From the NCBI GenBank assembly GCA_965200245.1, contig CBDATS010000004.1, positions 288,001 to 352,000 of the forward strand: a stretch of 64,000 bases of DNA, read 5' to 3'. The notes under the pieces are model-generated. The model did not search any database. It was not told where the DNA came from and worked only from the letters and a program-made list of their open reading frames with translations. The translations under genes and the position numbers were made by a program. Of the stretch, positions 1-10,052 are shown one piece after another; position 1 is the first letter of the stretch, and each line of letters opens with the position of its first letter. This DNA comes from a bacterium. Lineage in GTDB: Bacteria > UBA8248.

Positions 1-1
1 C

Positions 2-802
2 ATTCGCAACTACCCCGACATCCCCAAAAGAGGGAGATTCCTCTCCGTCAGCCAGAGCCACGAGGACAGCCGGAACGGCCCCATCGCCGCGCAATCGTGG
101 TTCGTCTACGATCTCATCCGCAAACACTTGGAGGGTTCGGGGTCTTCTCTTGAAAATATCCTGAACCTCACCGTCTATCTCCAGGACATGCGGGATTTCC
201 CCACCTTCCACCGCATTCACGAGCGATTTTTCCCGAAAGACCCGCCCGCCCTCACGGTAATGCAGGTAGCAGAAGTCGGCCACAAGGGGGAGAAGATCGA
301 AATCGAACCCACGGCGCTGATGAACAAAGGCAAAATCAAGCGTGAGGTCCTTCAGGGAGAAAATCCGCTCGGTGCACAGATGAGTCTGGGCATCACGGCA
401 GGCGGTCTGTTGTTCCTCTCGAACCTTGTCGGGCTGAACGAGGACGGCAATCCGATCAGCAAGAGAACCGAACTTAAGGGAGCACTCCGCAGGAAACTGC
501 CGAAAGCGTCTTCGCCAGCTACGAGAAACGCCGTACTACAAGGGCTTGCGATTCTGGATCACATGGAAAGCGCGATGCATGCCACAGACTCCGACATGAG
601 CCGGGTGACACACCTGACGCTGTTTCTCAGGAACATCGCGCATCTCTCGGCGATCGAACCTTTGTTCAAAAAGTATTTTCCGAAGCGAAGACCGGCCTTC
701 ACCGCCATTCAGATACCCGAGACCTCGCCCGTGGCGAGCACAGAAGTCTCGATGACGGCCATCGGCTGGATTGGGGACGGCGAACCGGAGATCATCGCGT
801 AA
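2..802 (+). CDS. Tandem RidA/YjgF-family domain protein (5' partial)
   Basis: Frame is open from position 2. Two Rid-like domains: LENILNLTVYLQDMRDF...FFPKDPPALT...EIE and MSRVTHLTLFLRNI...YFPKRRPAFT. Confidence 0.8.
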   Translation: MRNYPDIPKRGRFLSVSQSHEDSRNGPIAAQSWFVYDLIRKHLEGSGSSLENILNLTVYLQDMRDFPTFHRIHERFFPKDPPALTVMQVAEVGHKGEKIEIEPTALMNKGKIKREVLQGENPLGAQMSLGITAGGLLFLSNLVGLNEDGNPISKRTELKGALRRKLPKASSPATRNAVLQGLAILDHMESAMHATDSDMSRVTHLTLFLRNIAHLSAIEPLFKKYFPKRRPAFTAIQIPETSPVASTEVSMTAIGWIGDGEPEIIA

Positions 803-1165
803 GACTAGTTCGTGTCGCAGACCCTGTCCCGACGAGGTCTTCGATGAGTGTGGCGAAACCGTTGTAGTCCAACTCTCCACGATCCGCCGTCGCGCCGTCC
901 ACCATGATGGAGAGCGTTCCCTCCTTTCGCCTCAAAGTCCCCGCTACCTTGGGCGAAACGACGGAACCCGAAGATGTCGCCCAGGCATGATCGGGTGATG
1001 ACGGCACCGAAATCATGTATCGCCCGCCTGAGAATGACAAGGCGGTTGGTCCCTTGAACGCCGTATCTGCAGAATAAAGCAACAAGGGAAAAATTTGTAG
1101 ACCGACGTCTCTGGTGTAATCGTGCAGGTCAGGTTGACCGGGGCGCGCTTTCGCGTCCTGGCGGA

Positions 1166-2518
1166 TTACCCGCCGAACCGTGATTCCAGCCACTTTGCCG
1201 TCCTCAGCAGTCTGGCGTCGTCCCCCTTGGGTCCCACGAGTTGCACGCCGATCGGCATCCCGTCCGCTCCCTTGAGCAGAGGAACCGTGACGGCCGGCGT
1301 TCCGCACAAGGTCCAGATAGTGCAAAAAACGGGATTGCCCGTGGCCCCCAGCCCAAGCGGCGCCTGTCCCGGCGCAGGCGGGGTAAGGAGCGCGTCGAAG
1401 CGCTCGAAAACCTTTCCCAGCAAAGCGTTCAGCACGGACACACGCTCCACCGCCCGTGTGTAATCCACTGCGAGATAAGCTTTGCCGCGTTCCATCATTT
1501 GGCGAAGAAGATCGCTCAGTCCGTCCTTTCCGCGTTCGTATTCCGCTTCGAAGTTCCGCGCAAGGTTCGATTCCAGGATGATTTGGTGCCATTCGATCGC
1601 GCTTTGGAAAGGTTCTGGTAGTTCTACTTCTTCCACTGTCTCCTCACCCAGACTCTTCGCCAATCCCTCAAAGGCCACCTGCGCGTCTTGATCGGCCTGA
1701 TCCCAAACGTGTGTTTTCACGAACGCGAAACGCGGGGTGACGGGAGGCTCCAAAGAAACAGTCTCCAGCAGTCCCGATGCCCTGCCAGGCCGCATATCCG
1801 GGTCGCGCCCGTCGAATACCATCACCTGATCGCCCAGGAAAGCGAGGTCTTCGATCGAGCGCGCGAAAAGTCCCACGTGATCGATCGGTCTCGACTGCGG
1901 CAGCATGCCGTAGCGCGAAATCGACCCGAATGTGGGCTTGAAGCCGCAGACGCCGCAAAAAGAGGCGGGTCGTATGGTCGACCCGTTCGTCTGGCTCCCC
2001 ACCGCCACAGGAACCATGTACGAAGCGACGGCGGCAGCGGAACCGCTCGACGAACCGCCGGGCGTCCGGTCTGGATCGTGGGGGTTTTTCGTCTTGCCGG
2101 GAGAATAGACGGCGAACTCCGTCGTTACGGTCTTGCCCAGGATGACGGCACCCGCACTCTTGAGCAGGGATACGACGGCGGCGTCCTCGTTAGGTTGGCG
2201 GCCCGCGTGAAGTATGGAACCATTTTCGGTAGGCAATCCGGCGGTGTCAATGATGTCCTTGATTCCGACGGGAACCCCGTGCAAAGGCCCGAGGGCTTTC
2301 TTTTCCTCCCTGGCAATGTCGGCCTCTCTGGCCTGCCTGAGGGCGAATTCCTCATCAAGGTGCTCCCAGGCACCGATTTCCTCCTCGCACTCCGCGATGC
2401 GGGTCAGGCACGCTCTTACGAGTTCCTCGGAAGTTAATTCGCCTTCGCGTATCGCCCGTGCTGCGCGAAGAGCACTCCAATGAACGGGATTCGTCGTTTC
2501 CATTAGACTTTCCTCCAA
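1166..2518 (-). CDS. Amidase (amidase-signature family)
   Basis: GPLHGVPVGIKD, TPGGSSSGSAAAVA and GSQTNGSTIRPAS carry the Ser-cisSer-Lys triad motifs. Confidence 0.93.
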   Translation of the reverse strand: MEESLMETTNPVHWSALRAARAIREGELTSEELVRACLTRIAECEEEIGAWEHLDEEFALRQAREADIAREEKKALGPLHGVPVGIKDIIDTAGLPTENGSILHAGRQPNEDAAVVSLLKSAGAVILGKTVTTEFAVYSPGKTKNPHDPDRTPGGSSSGSAAAVASYMVPVAVGSQTNGSTIRPASFCGVCGFKPTFGSISRYGMLPQSRPIDHVGLFARSIEDLAFLGDQVMVFDGRDPDMRPGRASGLLETVSLEPPVTPRFAFVKTHVWDQADQDAQVAFEGLAKSLGEETVEEVELPEPFQSAIEWHQIILESNLARNFEAEYERGKDGLSDLLRQMMERGKAYLAVDYTRAVERVSVLNALLGKVFERFDALLTPPAPGQAPLGLGATGNPVFCTIWTLCGTPAVTVPLLKGADGMPIGVQLVGPKGDDARLLRTAKWLESRFGG

Positions 2519-2563
2519 TCTGCACGTTTCACCGTCAGGCGCATATCTCCAGTATTGTGCTCA

Positions 2564-3460
2564 TCAGGGACGCTCCGCCAAGCCCAGAAGCATTCCCACT
2601 GCAGCGAAATCCAGGTGTCCCAAACCCTCGCGCGAAGCCATGCGGTAGACCTGGTTCGCCGCCGCGCCCGAGGGACACGGAATCCCAAGTGCCATCAAAG
2701 CGGAAACAGCCAGGGACATGTCCTTGAGCATCAAGTCCACCGTAAATCCGGCTTCGAAATTCTTGCTCGAAGGCGCACCCTCGATGAGGTTGGCACACGG
2801 TGGGTCTTTTTCCATCACCCAGCTTCCGCCGCTGCTCGTGCGAATCACCTCGTGCAGAATCTTGGTGTCCACACCCGAGGCCTGGCCCATGGCGAACGCC
2901 TCCGCCGCCGCCACCATGGTGACGCCCGCGATGAGATTGTTGCAGAGTTTCGCGACCTGCCCCGCGCCATGTTCCCCTACGTGAATGATGTTTTTCCCCA
3001 GCAACTCCAGCACGGGCTGCGCCGTCTCGAAAGCCTCTTTCGGCCCGCCAACCATGATGGTAAGGCTCGCCGCCTCCGCCCCCATCACCCCGCCTGAGAC
3101 GGGCGCGTCAATCGCCACCCCGCCGCGTTCCGCCGCCGAGGCGGCGAGCTTGCGGCTCTGCGCGGGCTCTATGGTGGAGAGATCGACCAACAAGCCGCCC
3201 TCGCCTACGGCTTCCAAGAGACCACCCTCGCCCATGAATACCTCTTCCACCTCAGTTCCCGTGGGAAGGGACGTGAGCACGATCTCGCACGTAGCTGCGA
3301 GTTCCGCCGGGCTCGACGCCTCGAAGGCGCCATGAGACACAGCGCGTTCCACGGACTCGCGAACGACGTCCACAACGCCCACTTCATGGCCCGCCTTTAT
3401 AAGGTGCGGCACCATGCGGCCACCCATCGCTCCCACGCCGACAAAACCTAATCGCTTCAT
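2564..3460 (-). CDS. 3-hydroxyisobutyrate dehydrogenase-family NAD(P)-dependent oxidoreductase
   Basis: GFVGVGAMG Rossmann motif, DAPVSGG, KLCNN, LMLKDM. Confidence 0.9.
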   Translation of the reverse strand: MKRLGFVGVGAMGGRMVPHLIKAGHEVGVVDVVRESVERAVSHGAFEASSPAELAATCEIVLTSLPTGTEVEEVFMGEGGLLEAVGEGGLLVDLSTIEPAQSRKLAASAAERGGVAIDAPVSGGVMGAEAASLTIMVGGPKEAFETAQPVLELLGKNIIHVGEHGAGQVAKLCNNLIAGVTMVAAAEAFAMGQASGVDTKILHEVIRTSSGGSWVMEKDPPCANLIEGAPSSKNFEAGFTVDLMLKDMSLAVSALMALGIPCPSGAAANQVYRMASREGLGHLDFAAVGMLLGLAERP

Positions 3461-3483
3461 GAGTTATCCTCCACGAAAACTTG

Positions 3484-4876
3484 TCACGTCCTCATTTGTC
3501 CTGCTCTGGATAGAAATTTCCCCGCCACCGCGCACAGGAACCCTTCCCTGAAGGCGGGCGCAAGCAAAGTCATCCCAATGGGCAATCCGTTCGAGTAAAA
3601 ACCGTTCGGGACGGCGATGGCACATAAGTCCAGCAAATTCACAAAGTTCGTATAAATCCCCAGGTTCGTGTTCAAAGCGACGGGGTCGGCTCTTATCTTC
3701 TCAATCGTGTAGGCCGTGGGTGTCGTAGGAACCAAAATATATTCAATATCTTTCCAGAGGTTTTTTGTTTCGCGTTTCAACTCCTCCTGGCGATAGAAGG
3801 CCCGGAAAACATCGACCGCCGAATACCGGGCGGCGCCGGCAATCAACTCCCTCGTTACGGGATGCAGGGCATCGGGTTTCTCCTCGAAAAAATCCTCGAT
3901 CGCCGCCAGACGCTCCACCATCCATGGACCATCGTAGAGGAGTGTCGCTGCCTCGAATAAAGGCGAGAAATCGACTTGCCGAACTGTCGTGCCCATTTGC
4001 TCGATGCACTCAATTCCCTTTTCATAGGCGCTTTGCGCTTCAGCGTCTCCCAGAAAATCTCTTTGTCCGGGGAGAGGAACACCGGCCTGAAGACTTTCCG
4101 GCAAGTCGACCATCTTCAAAGACGACCCTGGAGGAAGCGCGCGGCTGTACGGGTCCACATCGGGCGTAGCCATCACATCGAGCACGCAAAGCGCATCCGA
4201 TGTCTCGAGAGCAAAGACAGATACACAATCGAGCGTGCGGCAAGCGGGAACCACGCCCCGCGTGCTCACCAGTCCCCGAGAAGGCTTGAGACCGATAATA
4301 TTGTTGAAGCCCGCGGGAACCCGGCCCGAGCCCGCCGTGTCCGTGCCGAGAGCGAAACTCACCAGACCTGCCGCGACGGCCACTGCCGAGCCCGAACTCG
4401 AGCCCCCCGGAACGTAATCCGCATGAAACGGATTCCCGGGCCACACCATAGGGGCTGCGCATGCCGACGAGACCCAGCGCAAACTGATCCAGGTTCGTCT
4501 TGCCGACGAAAACGGCCCCGGCGTCAATCAAAAGCGTCACGCATGGAGCGCTTTCCCTGGGTGTATAGGCGTATTCGGGACACGCTGCCGTCGTCGGAAC
4601 CCCCGCGACGTCGATGTTGTCTTTCACCGCGAAGGGAACGCCGTACAAGAGAAGTTTCTCCGCATCCGCGCTGCGGGCCTCCAACTCTCGCGCGCGAGCC
4701 AGCAAATTCTCCTCGGGTTCGACATGAATCCACACGCCATCCTCACCGCGCGCTGCGATCTGCTCACAAACCCTATGCACCACATCCTTAAGCGTCAGTT
4801 CGCCCGAGATATACGCTGTCTTGAGGCGCGAGAATCTCATCTCATCCACGCTTGGCACCGCGCCCGACTCAATCAT
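3484..4876 (-). pseudogene. atzF: Allophanate hydrolase-like amidase, frameshifted near 4435-4437
   Basis: ORF 4040-4876 gives AVKDNIDVAG..TTAACP and GKTNLDQF; ORF 3484-4527 gives NPF..YVPGGSSSGS, GTDTAGSGRVPA and YTNFVNLLD. One extra base in GCCCGGGAATCCG joins them (ARNPF). Confidence 0.8.
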
Positions 4877-6420
4877 CCACTACTATCACGGGAATCGCGC
4901 TCCACCATCTCGCGAAGCGCCGTCTTGAGAACTTTTCCGTAGTTGTTCTTTGGCAAGGCTTCGATGAAACAGCACGCGCGGGGACGCTTGAAACGCGCGA
5001 TGTGTTCGAGACACAAGCCGTCGAGTTCTTCCTCGCTAACCTGTTGCCCATCCTTGCGCACCACGAAAGCCATCACCTCCTCTCCCCAATCAGGATGTGG
5101 ACGCCCGATGACGGAGACCTCCAGAACACCCTCGTGGCGCAGCAGTACTTCCTCCACCTCGCGTGGATAGATGTTGCTGCCACCGCTGATGATGAGATCC
5201 TTGGAGCGATCCTTCAGGGTAAGAAAACCATCCTCATCCATTACGCCTACATCGCCCGTGTGAAGCCAGCCTCCCTTGAGCGCGCTCGCCGTGGCCTCGG
5301 GGTTGTCCCAATAACCTTTCATGACAACGTCACCGCGTACAAGCACCTCTCCTGTCTCGCCGGGCGGCAGGGTGTTGTCCTCGGCGTCCACCACGCGCAC
5401 TTCGACCACGGTGTGCGGCACCCCGACAGACGCAAGCCGCTCCTCGAAGCGCGGATGCTGCGTATCGACGTGCCGATCCTTGGAGACAACCGTGATGGTC
5501 ATGGGGCTTTCCCCCTGTCCGTATACCTGAACAAGTTTTTTACCCAGAGCCTCCATCGCCTTTTTGAGATCTTCCACGTACATTGGCCCACCGCCATAGG
5601 CGATGGTCTTGAGGTTCTGCGTATCCGCTCCCTTGATCGCCTCACTCTGAACGAGGCGCGTCACCATGGTGGGTGCCGCAAACATGGTGAGACCCGTGTA
5701 AGCCTCGATAAGCCGAAAAATCTCCGGTGGATCGAAGCCTCCGCTCTCGGGAACAATGTTGTTTGCCGCCTTGTAGATGTGCGGTATCGCATAAAGACCT
5801 GAGCCGTGGGACATGGGGGCGGCGTGGAGGATGCAATCGTTTTCAGAGACCGGATCGACATCGGCGAAATAACTCAAGGACATGCTGTGGAGGTTTTGGT
5901 GTGTAAGCATGGCGCCTTTCGGCCTGCACGTCGTGCCGCTCGTATAGAAGAGCCAAGCCAAGTCATCCGGTCTCTGGGGTTCGACAGGAACAGCTTCGCG
6001 CGACTGAATCGCCAGGTAATCGGAGGTATCAACCTCCATCACGCTCTCCAAAGTCCTGATTTCATCGACTAGCGGCGCGACCGTCTCCATCAAGTCGGAG
6101 GTGGCGAAGCAACACCGCGCACCCGCGTTTTCAAGGATGAAGGCCATTTCCCTTGGATGGAGTTTCGCGTTGATCGGCAACGCACAGCAACCCGCGTGCC
6201 ATATGGCGTAGAGAACCTCCAGAAACGCCGGGCAGTTCTTCATGGTGATGGCTGCGCGATCCCCGGGTCTCAGCCCAAGTTCGTCATTGAGATAACCCGC
6301 CATGGCGGCCGCCCTACGGGCGAGCGTCTCATACGTGCAATGAACCGACTCGCCATGAGATATAGCGGGCCGCTCTCCACAGGCTCTCGCAGCCCGTGCC
6401 AAATACTCCGCTATGTTCAT
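4873..6420 (-). CDS. AMP-binding acyl-CoA synthetase (ANL superfamily)
   Basis: YTSGTTxRPKG, YGQGE, GWLHTGD, DRSKDLIISGGSNIYPREVE, PKNNYGK. Confidence 0.92.
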   Translation of the reverse strand: MNIAEYLARAARACGERPAISHGESVHCTYETLARRAAAMAGYLNDELGLRPGDRAAITMKNCPAFLEVLYAIWHAGCCALPINAKLHPREMAFILENAGARCCFATSDLMETVAPLVDEIRTLESVMEVDTSDYLAIQSREAVPVEPQRPDDLAWLFYTSGTTCRPKGAMLTHQNLHSMSLSYFADVDPVSENDCILHAAPMSHGSGLYAIPHIYKAANNIVPESGGFDPPEIFRLIEAYTGLTMFAAPTMVTRLVQSEAIKGADTQNLKTIAYGGGPMYVEDLKKAMEALGKKLVQVYGQGESPMTITVVSKDRHVDTQHPRFEERLASVGVPHTVVEVRVVDAEDNTLPPGETGEVLVRGDVVMKGYWDNPEATASALKGGWLHTGDVGVMDEDGFLTLKDRSKDLIISGGSNIYPREVEEVLLRHEGVLEVSVIGRPHPDWGEEVMAFVVRKDGQQVSEEELDGLCLEHIARFKRPRACCFIEALPKNNYGKVLKTALREMVERDSRDSSG

Positions 6421-6656
6421 CTGAAGCCGCCCTCCCGGAAGTTATGCCCATGACTCGCGAAACTGCACAATTTCATGAGCGCCTTATCGATGGAAGATTT
6501 TCGCCTCATCCATGGATCGTACGCCATATCCGGAACCATGAATATGCGCTAGTATTAAAGCACATATCAGCATTTCTTGGACCGCAACCCCGGCCGGGAA
6601 AATCGTATCGGCGAGAGGAGCGAGCGTTTCCGGTTGCAGCCCATGGAGGCAAATCC

Positions 6657-7973
6657 ATGCGAAGCGAAAAAGACCTGCTCGATTCGGCGAAAAAATACAG
6701 CTTTCGGGGCCGGGTGGACAAATCCGTATTTTCGGGTCCAGTCTTCGTTCGCGGCGAGGGTTCTATCGTCGAGGACGTAAACGGCAAACAATACATCGAC
6801 TTCAACTCAGGCCAGATGTGCTCAGCCCTCGGACACAACCACCCCATCGTGACCGACGCCATCAAGAAAAGCTGCGATGAGATGATCCATGCGCACAGCA
6901 GTTTCTTCAACGAGCAGGAAATCATCCTTGCCGAACGCCTGGGCGCGCTGCTGCCACCACCATTGGAGAAAAGCCTGTTTCTGGGTTCCGGTGCAGACGC
7001 CAACGAGGCGGCGGTGACTATCGCCCGCAAATTCACTGACGGCTTCGAGGTCGCGAGTCCCCACATAAGCTTTCACGGCCTCTCCGACACGGCGCGCTCG
7101 CTCACCTTCGCAGGCTGGCACAGCGGGCACGGGCCCCTTTCGCCCGGGAGCATGGCCATGGTCGCACCCTATTGCTACCGCTGCCCCTTGAGCCAGAAAT
7201 TTCCCGATTGCGAGATCGCCTGTCTCGACACAAGTTTCGAACTCATCGACGCGCAAACGAGAAGCACGCCCGCCGCCGTCATCACCGAACCCCTGTTCAG
7301 CGCGGGCGGAGTGGTAGAGCCGCCGCCCGGGTGGCTCAGGAAGCTCAAGGAAAACTACGAGGAGCGGGACATGCTCCTCATCGTGGACGATGAGCAGACA
7401 GGACTCGGAAAGCTAGGCACGATGTTCGGCTTCGAGAAGGATGAGGTGGTACCCGATATCGTCACGCTCGCGAAACACTTTGGCGGTGGCGTGAGCATCA
7501 GTTCGGTCTCGACGAGCACCGAGGTCGAGGACAAGGTGGCCTCTACCGAGTTTGTCGTCACCCACTCACACACCAACGATCCACTAGCCTGCGCCGCGGG
7601 TGTGGCGAGCCTCGATGTCATCGAGGGAGAGGATGTGCCTGCCAAGGCCAGAAAAATCGGCGCTCACCTGAGAGAGCGCCTCACATGGCTGGGCGAGCAG
7701 TATGAAATGGTGGGTGACATCAGGGGCCGGGGTCTCCTTCAGGGGATAGAACTCGTTGAAAACAGGCGCACAAAAACACCCGCTACCAGACAGGGAAGCG
7801 AGATCAACCGCATATGCCTCGAGAACGGTCTCATATTCAGCCAGCGGCGCGGGGGGAGCGTCCTTCGCTTCGTGCCGCCGGCCACGACGACGGAAGGACA
7901 GATGGATCAGGCGATAGACATCCTCACCGACGCGATAGACAAGGCGAGCATTCGCGGCGGTGTTTCGGAATGA
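6657..7973 (+). CDS. Class III PLP aminotransferase resembling 2,2-dialkylglycine decarboxylase
   Basis: DFNSGQMCSALGHNHP, EPLFSAGG, QTGLGKLG, PDIVTLAK (PLP Lys), SHTNDP; GGAGG ribosome-binding site before ATG 6657. Confidence 0.85.
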   Translation: MRSEKDLLDSAKKYSFRGRVDKSVFSGPVFVRGEGSIVEDVNGKQYIDFNSGQMCSALGHNHPIVTDAIKKSCDEMIHAHSSFFNEQEIILAERLGALLPPPLEKSLFLGSGADANEAAVTIARKFTDGFEVASPHISFHGLSDTARSLTFAGWHSGHGPLSPGSMAMVAPYCYRCPLSQKFPDCEIACLDTSFELIDAQTRSTPAAVITEPLFSAGGVVEPPPGWLRKLKENYEERDMLLIVDDEQTGLGKLGTMFGFEKDEVVPDIVTLAKHFGGGVSISSVSTSTEVEDKVASTEFVVTHSHTNDPLACAAGVASLDVIEGEDVPAKARKIGAHLRERLTWLGEQYEMVGDIRGRGLLQGIELVENRRTKTPATRQGSEINRICLENGLIFSQRRGGSVLRFVPPATTTEGQMDQAIDILTDAIDKASIRGGVSE

Positions 7974-8010
7974 CGGCTGGTTTCTCCTTCCATGCTTTCG
8001 ATTCGGTCAA

Positions 8011-8502
8011 ATGATCCACGTCGCCATTTATCATCCGGGAATTCCGCAGAACACCGGAAACATAGGCCGCTTGTGCGTGGGGATGGATGCACATCTGCAC
8101 ATCATCGGACCTGCGAAATTCGATTTTTCGGACAGTTCCCTTAAAAGAGCGGGCCTTGATTACTGGGCCGACGTAAAACTCACGATACACGAAGACGAAA
8201 ACCTCTTTTTCGAGTGGCTGGGCCAGAGAACGCCCTGGCTCATCACGAAATTCGGTGCATCACGATTCGACAGGGTCTCATATCAAGACGAGGATATACT
8301 TCTACTTGGGAACGAAAACACCGGCTTGCCCGATGCGTGGCACGCGCGCTGGCCCGATCGGCGGATTTACGTGCCCATGCCCGGGCCGATCCGCTCATAC
8401 AACCTCGCCAATACCGCTGCCATCGTCCTCGCGCAGACGTTCGTTCAACTGAATGATGCGGACGTCACGAACCATGGTGGCGGGCATGACCCCATCAACT
8501 GA
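8011..8502 (+). CDS. trmL: tRNA (cytidine/uridine-34 2'-O)-methyltransferase, SPOUT family
   Basis: PGIPQNTGNIGRLC, LKRAGLDYW, GNENTGLP, RSYNLAN. Confidence 0.92.
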   Translation: MIHVAIYHPGIPQNTGNIGRLCVGMDAHLHIIGPAKFDFSDSSLKRAGLDYWADVKLTIHEDENLFFEWLGQRTPWLITKFGASRFDRVSYQDEDILLLGNENTGLPDAWHARWPDRRIYVPMPGPIRSYNLANTAAIVLAQTFVQLNDADVTNHGGGHDPIN

Positions 8503-8664
8503 AACTCGATGCTTCCGTTTTCCATAAACAAACACTCACCTGCAAAACAGAAAGTACCGTTGGGCGGGTAAAACTTGCAAAACCTGCAAACACCACAAAA
8601 ATGTGTTCAAATTGTGGACGAAACCGAGATATTATGAGATAGCCAAAAACAGGACTTCGACTGG

Positions 8665-9597
8665 ATGAGTCCCTGGATTACATCGACCGGAAATACATAA
8701 ATGTTATTGGCATCCGGTTGGACAAGCTCAGGAAAACAGATTCGAGTCCAGAGGGTACATATTCGTATATGGAGCATCTGCATTCTGCAAGTGTCACAAC
8801 TGCGATGTGTCTCTGAATTTCAAAGGATTTCTACAAAAAATGGACCCCTCTCTCTATGTAGACAGCACCCCCTTGAAAAATGGAAGGGAAAGAAAGACAT
8901 AATGTATACAGAGAACCCCGAACCCCGGCCGGAAATCGACCATATGGTTGCCCTGGAAAAATCGGGGGATAAAACTGCCATGGAATTTGTCCTTCGCAGA
9001 AGGATTCCCATGGATAGAATAAAGGAGTTGTTTTATACCCCCAACACGAACAAACTGATGAGGTCACATCCAAAATATCGCGATGGTTCGTATGGAGATT
9101 CGCCAAGGATAATCATACCTTATTACAACACAGCCAACGAACTGGTAGGAGTCCAAGGCAGAGCACTCACACACAATGAAGCGAGATACGTTTCCATGAA
9201 GATCATCGAAGACGAACCCATGATCTATAACCGGAACAGGATAAAATACAACGAGAGGCTATATGTCACTGAAGGAAGCTTTGATTCCATGTTTTTCCCC
9301 AATGCAATAGCCGCCTGCGGTATTGCCCTGAATTCATTGGATATAAAACACGAGGATGTGGTGTATATCCTGGATAATGAACCCAAGAACACCAATGTCA
9401 TCAACGAAGCGAGGAAACTACAGAAATCCGGCAAGCGAATGTTTATATGGCCTCCATCCATCAGACACAAGGACATTAACGACACGATAGTCAAGGAAGG
9501 GTTCAGCCAACGCGAGATGATCGATATCATCGAAAACAATATTTACGATGGGCTGTCCTTGCTAATGAAAATTTCAACCTGGCAGAATAGAAATTAG
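8665..9597 (+). pseudogene. T4 gp61-like phage DNA primase remnant
   Basis: Three frames join as LDYIDRKYINVIGIRLDKL / RGYIF...KCHNC...FKGFLQKMDPSLY / LEKWK...RIIIPYYN..GVQGRAL, YVTEGSFDSMF, LDNEP, KDIND; AT-rich. Confidence 0.8.
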
Positions 9598-9601
9598 TCA
9601 A

Positions 9602-9885
9602 TTGCACGAACTGCCCAGCCTGTATCAAACCTTCACATACAATAGCAAATACACCAGATTGCCCGAATCCGAACATCGCAGGGAACATTGGAAAGAAACT
9701 GTGAAAAGGTATCTCGATTTTTCGGTGACCACTTGAAAAACATCGGATATGAGTTGAGTGAACAAGAAAGAAATATGAAAAAGAAATCCTGGAATTCAAT
9801 GCAATGCCATCAATGCGGTGCATGATGGCTGCCGGTAAAGCCTTGGACAAGAATTATGTAGCCGGATACCACTGCTCATTTCGTC
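9602..9885 (+). pseudogene. nrdJ: N-terminal fragment of a phage-type class II (B12) ribonucleotide reductase
   Basis: Across frameshifts: LPSLYQTF..SKYTR..RREHWKETVKRYLDF and EILEFNAMPSMRCMMAAGKALDKNYVAGYHCSF. Confidence 0.72.
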
Positions 9886-10052
9886 TGGGATGGGACTCGC
9901 TGCCAAGAACCCTGCCAGGCCTCTTCTTCATGGACGAGATTGCCCATGAGGCGAAAACCGCACTTTGCTCGGAAATATCCGTACTCGAAAGTACCGCCAA
10001 CCCCATAACATATCTGACGCAGATATCCAGTCAACGATGACCATCCCAACTC

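Noticed and set aside
803-1165. ORFs 771-998 and the distal part of 792-1592 in the Rid-amidase gap
   Set aside because: No recognisable motif or convincing start, and the long ORF overlaps the amidase in another frame.
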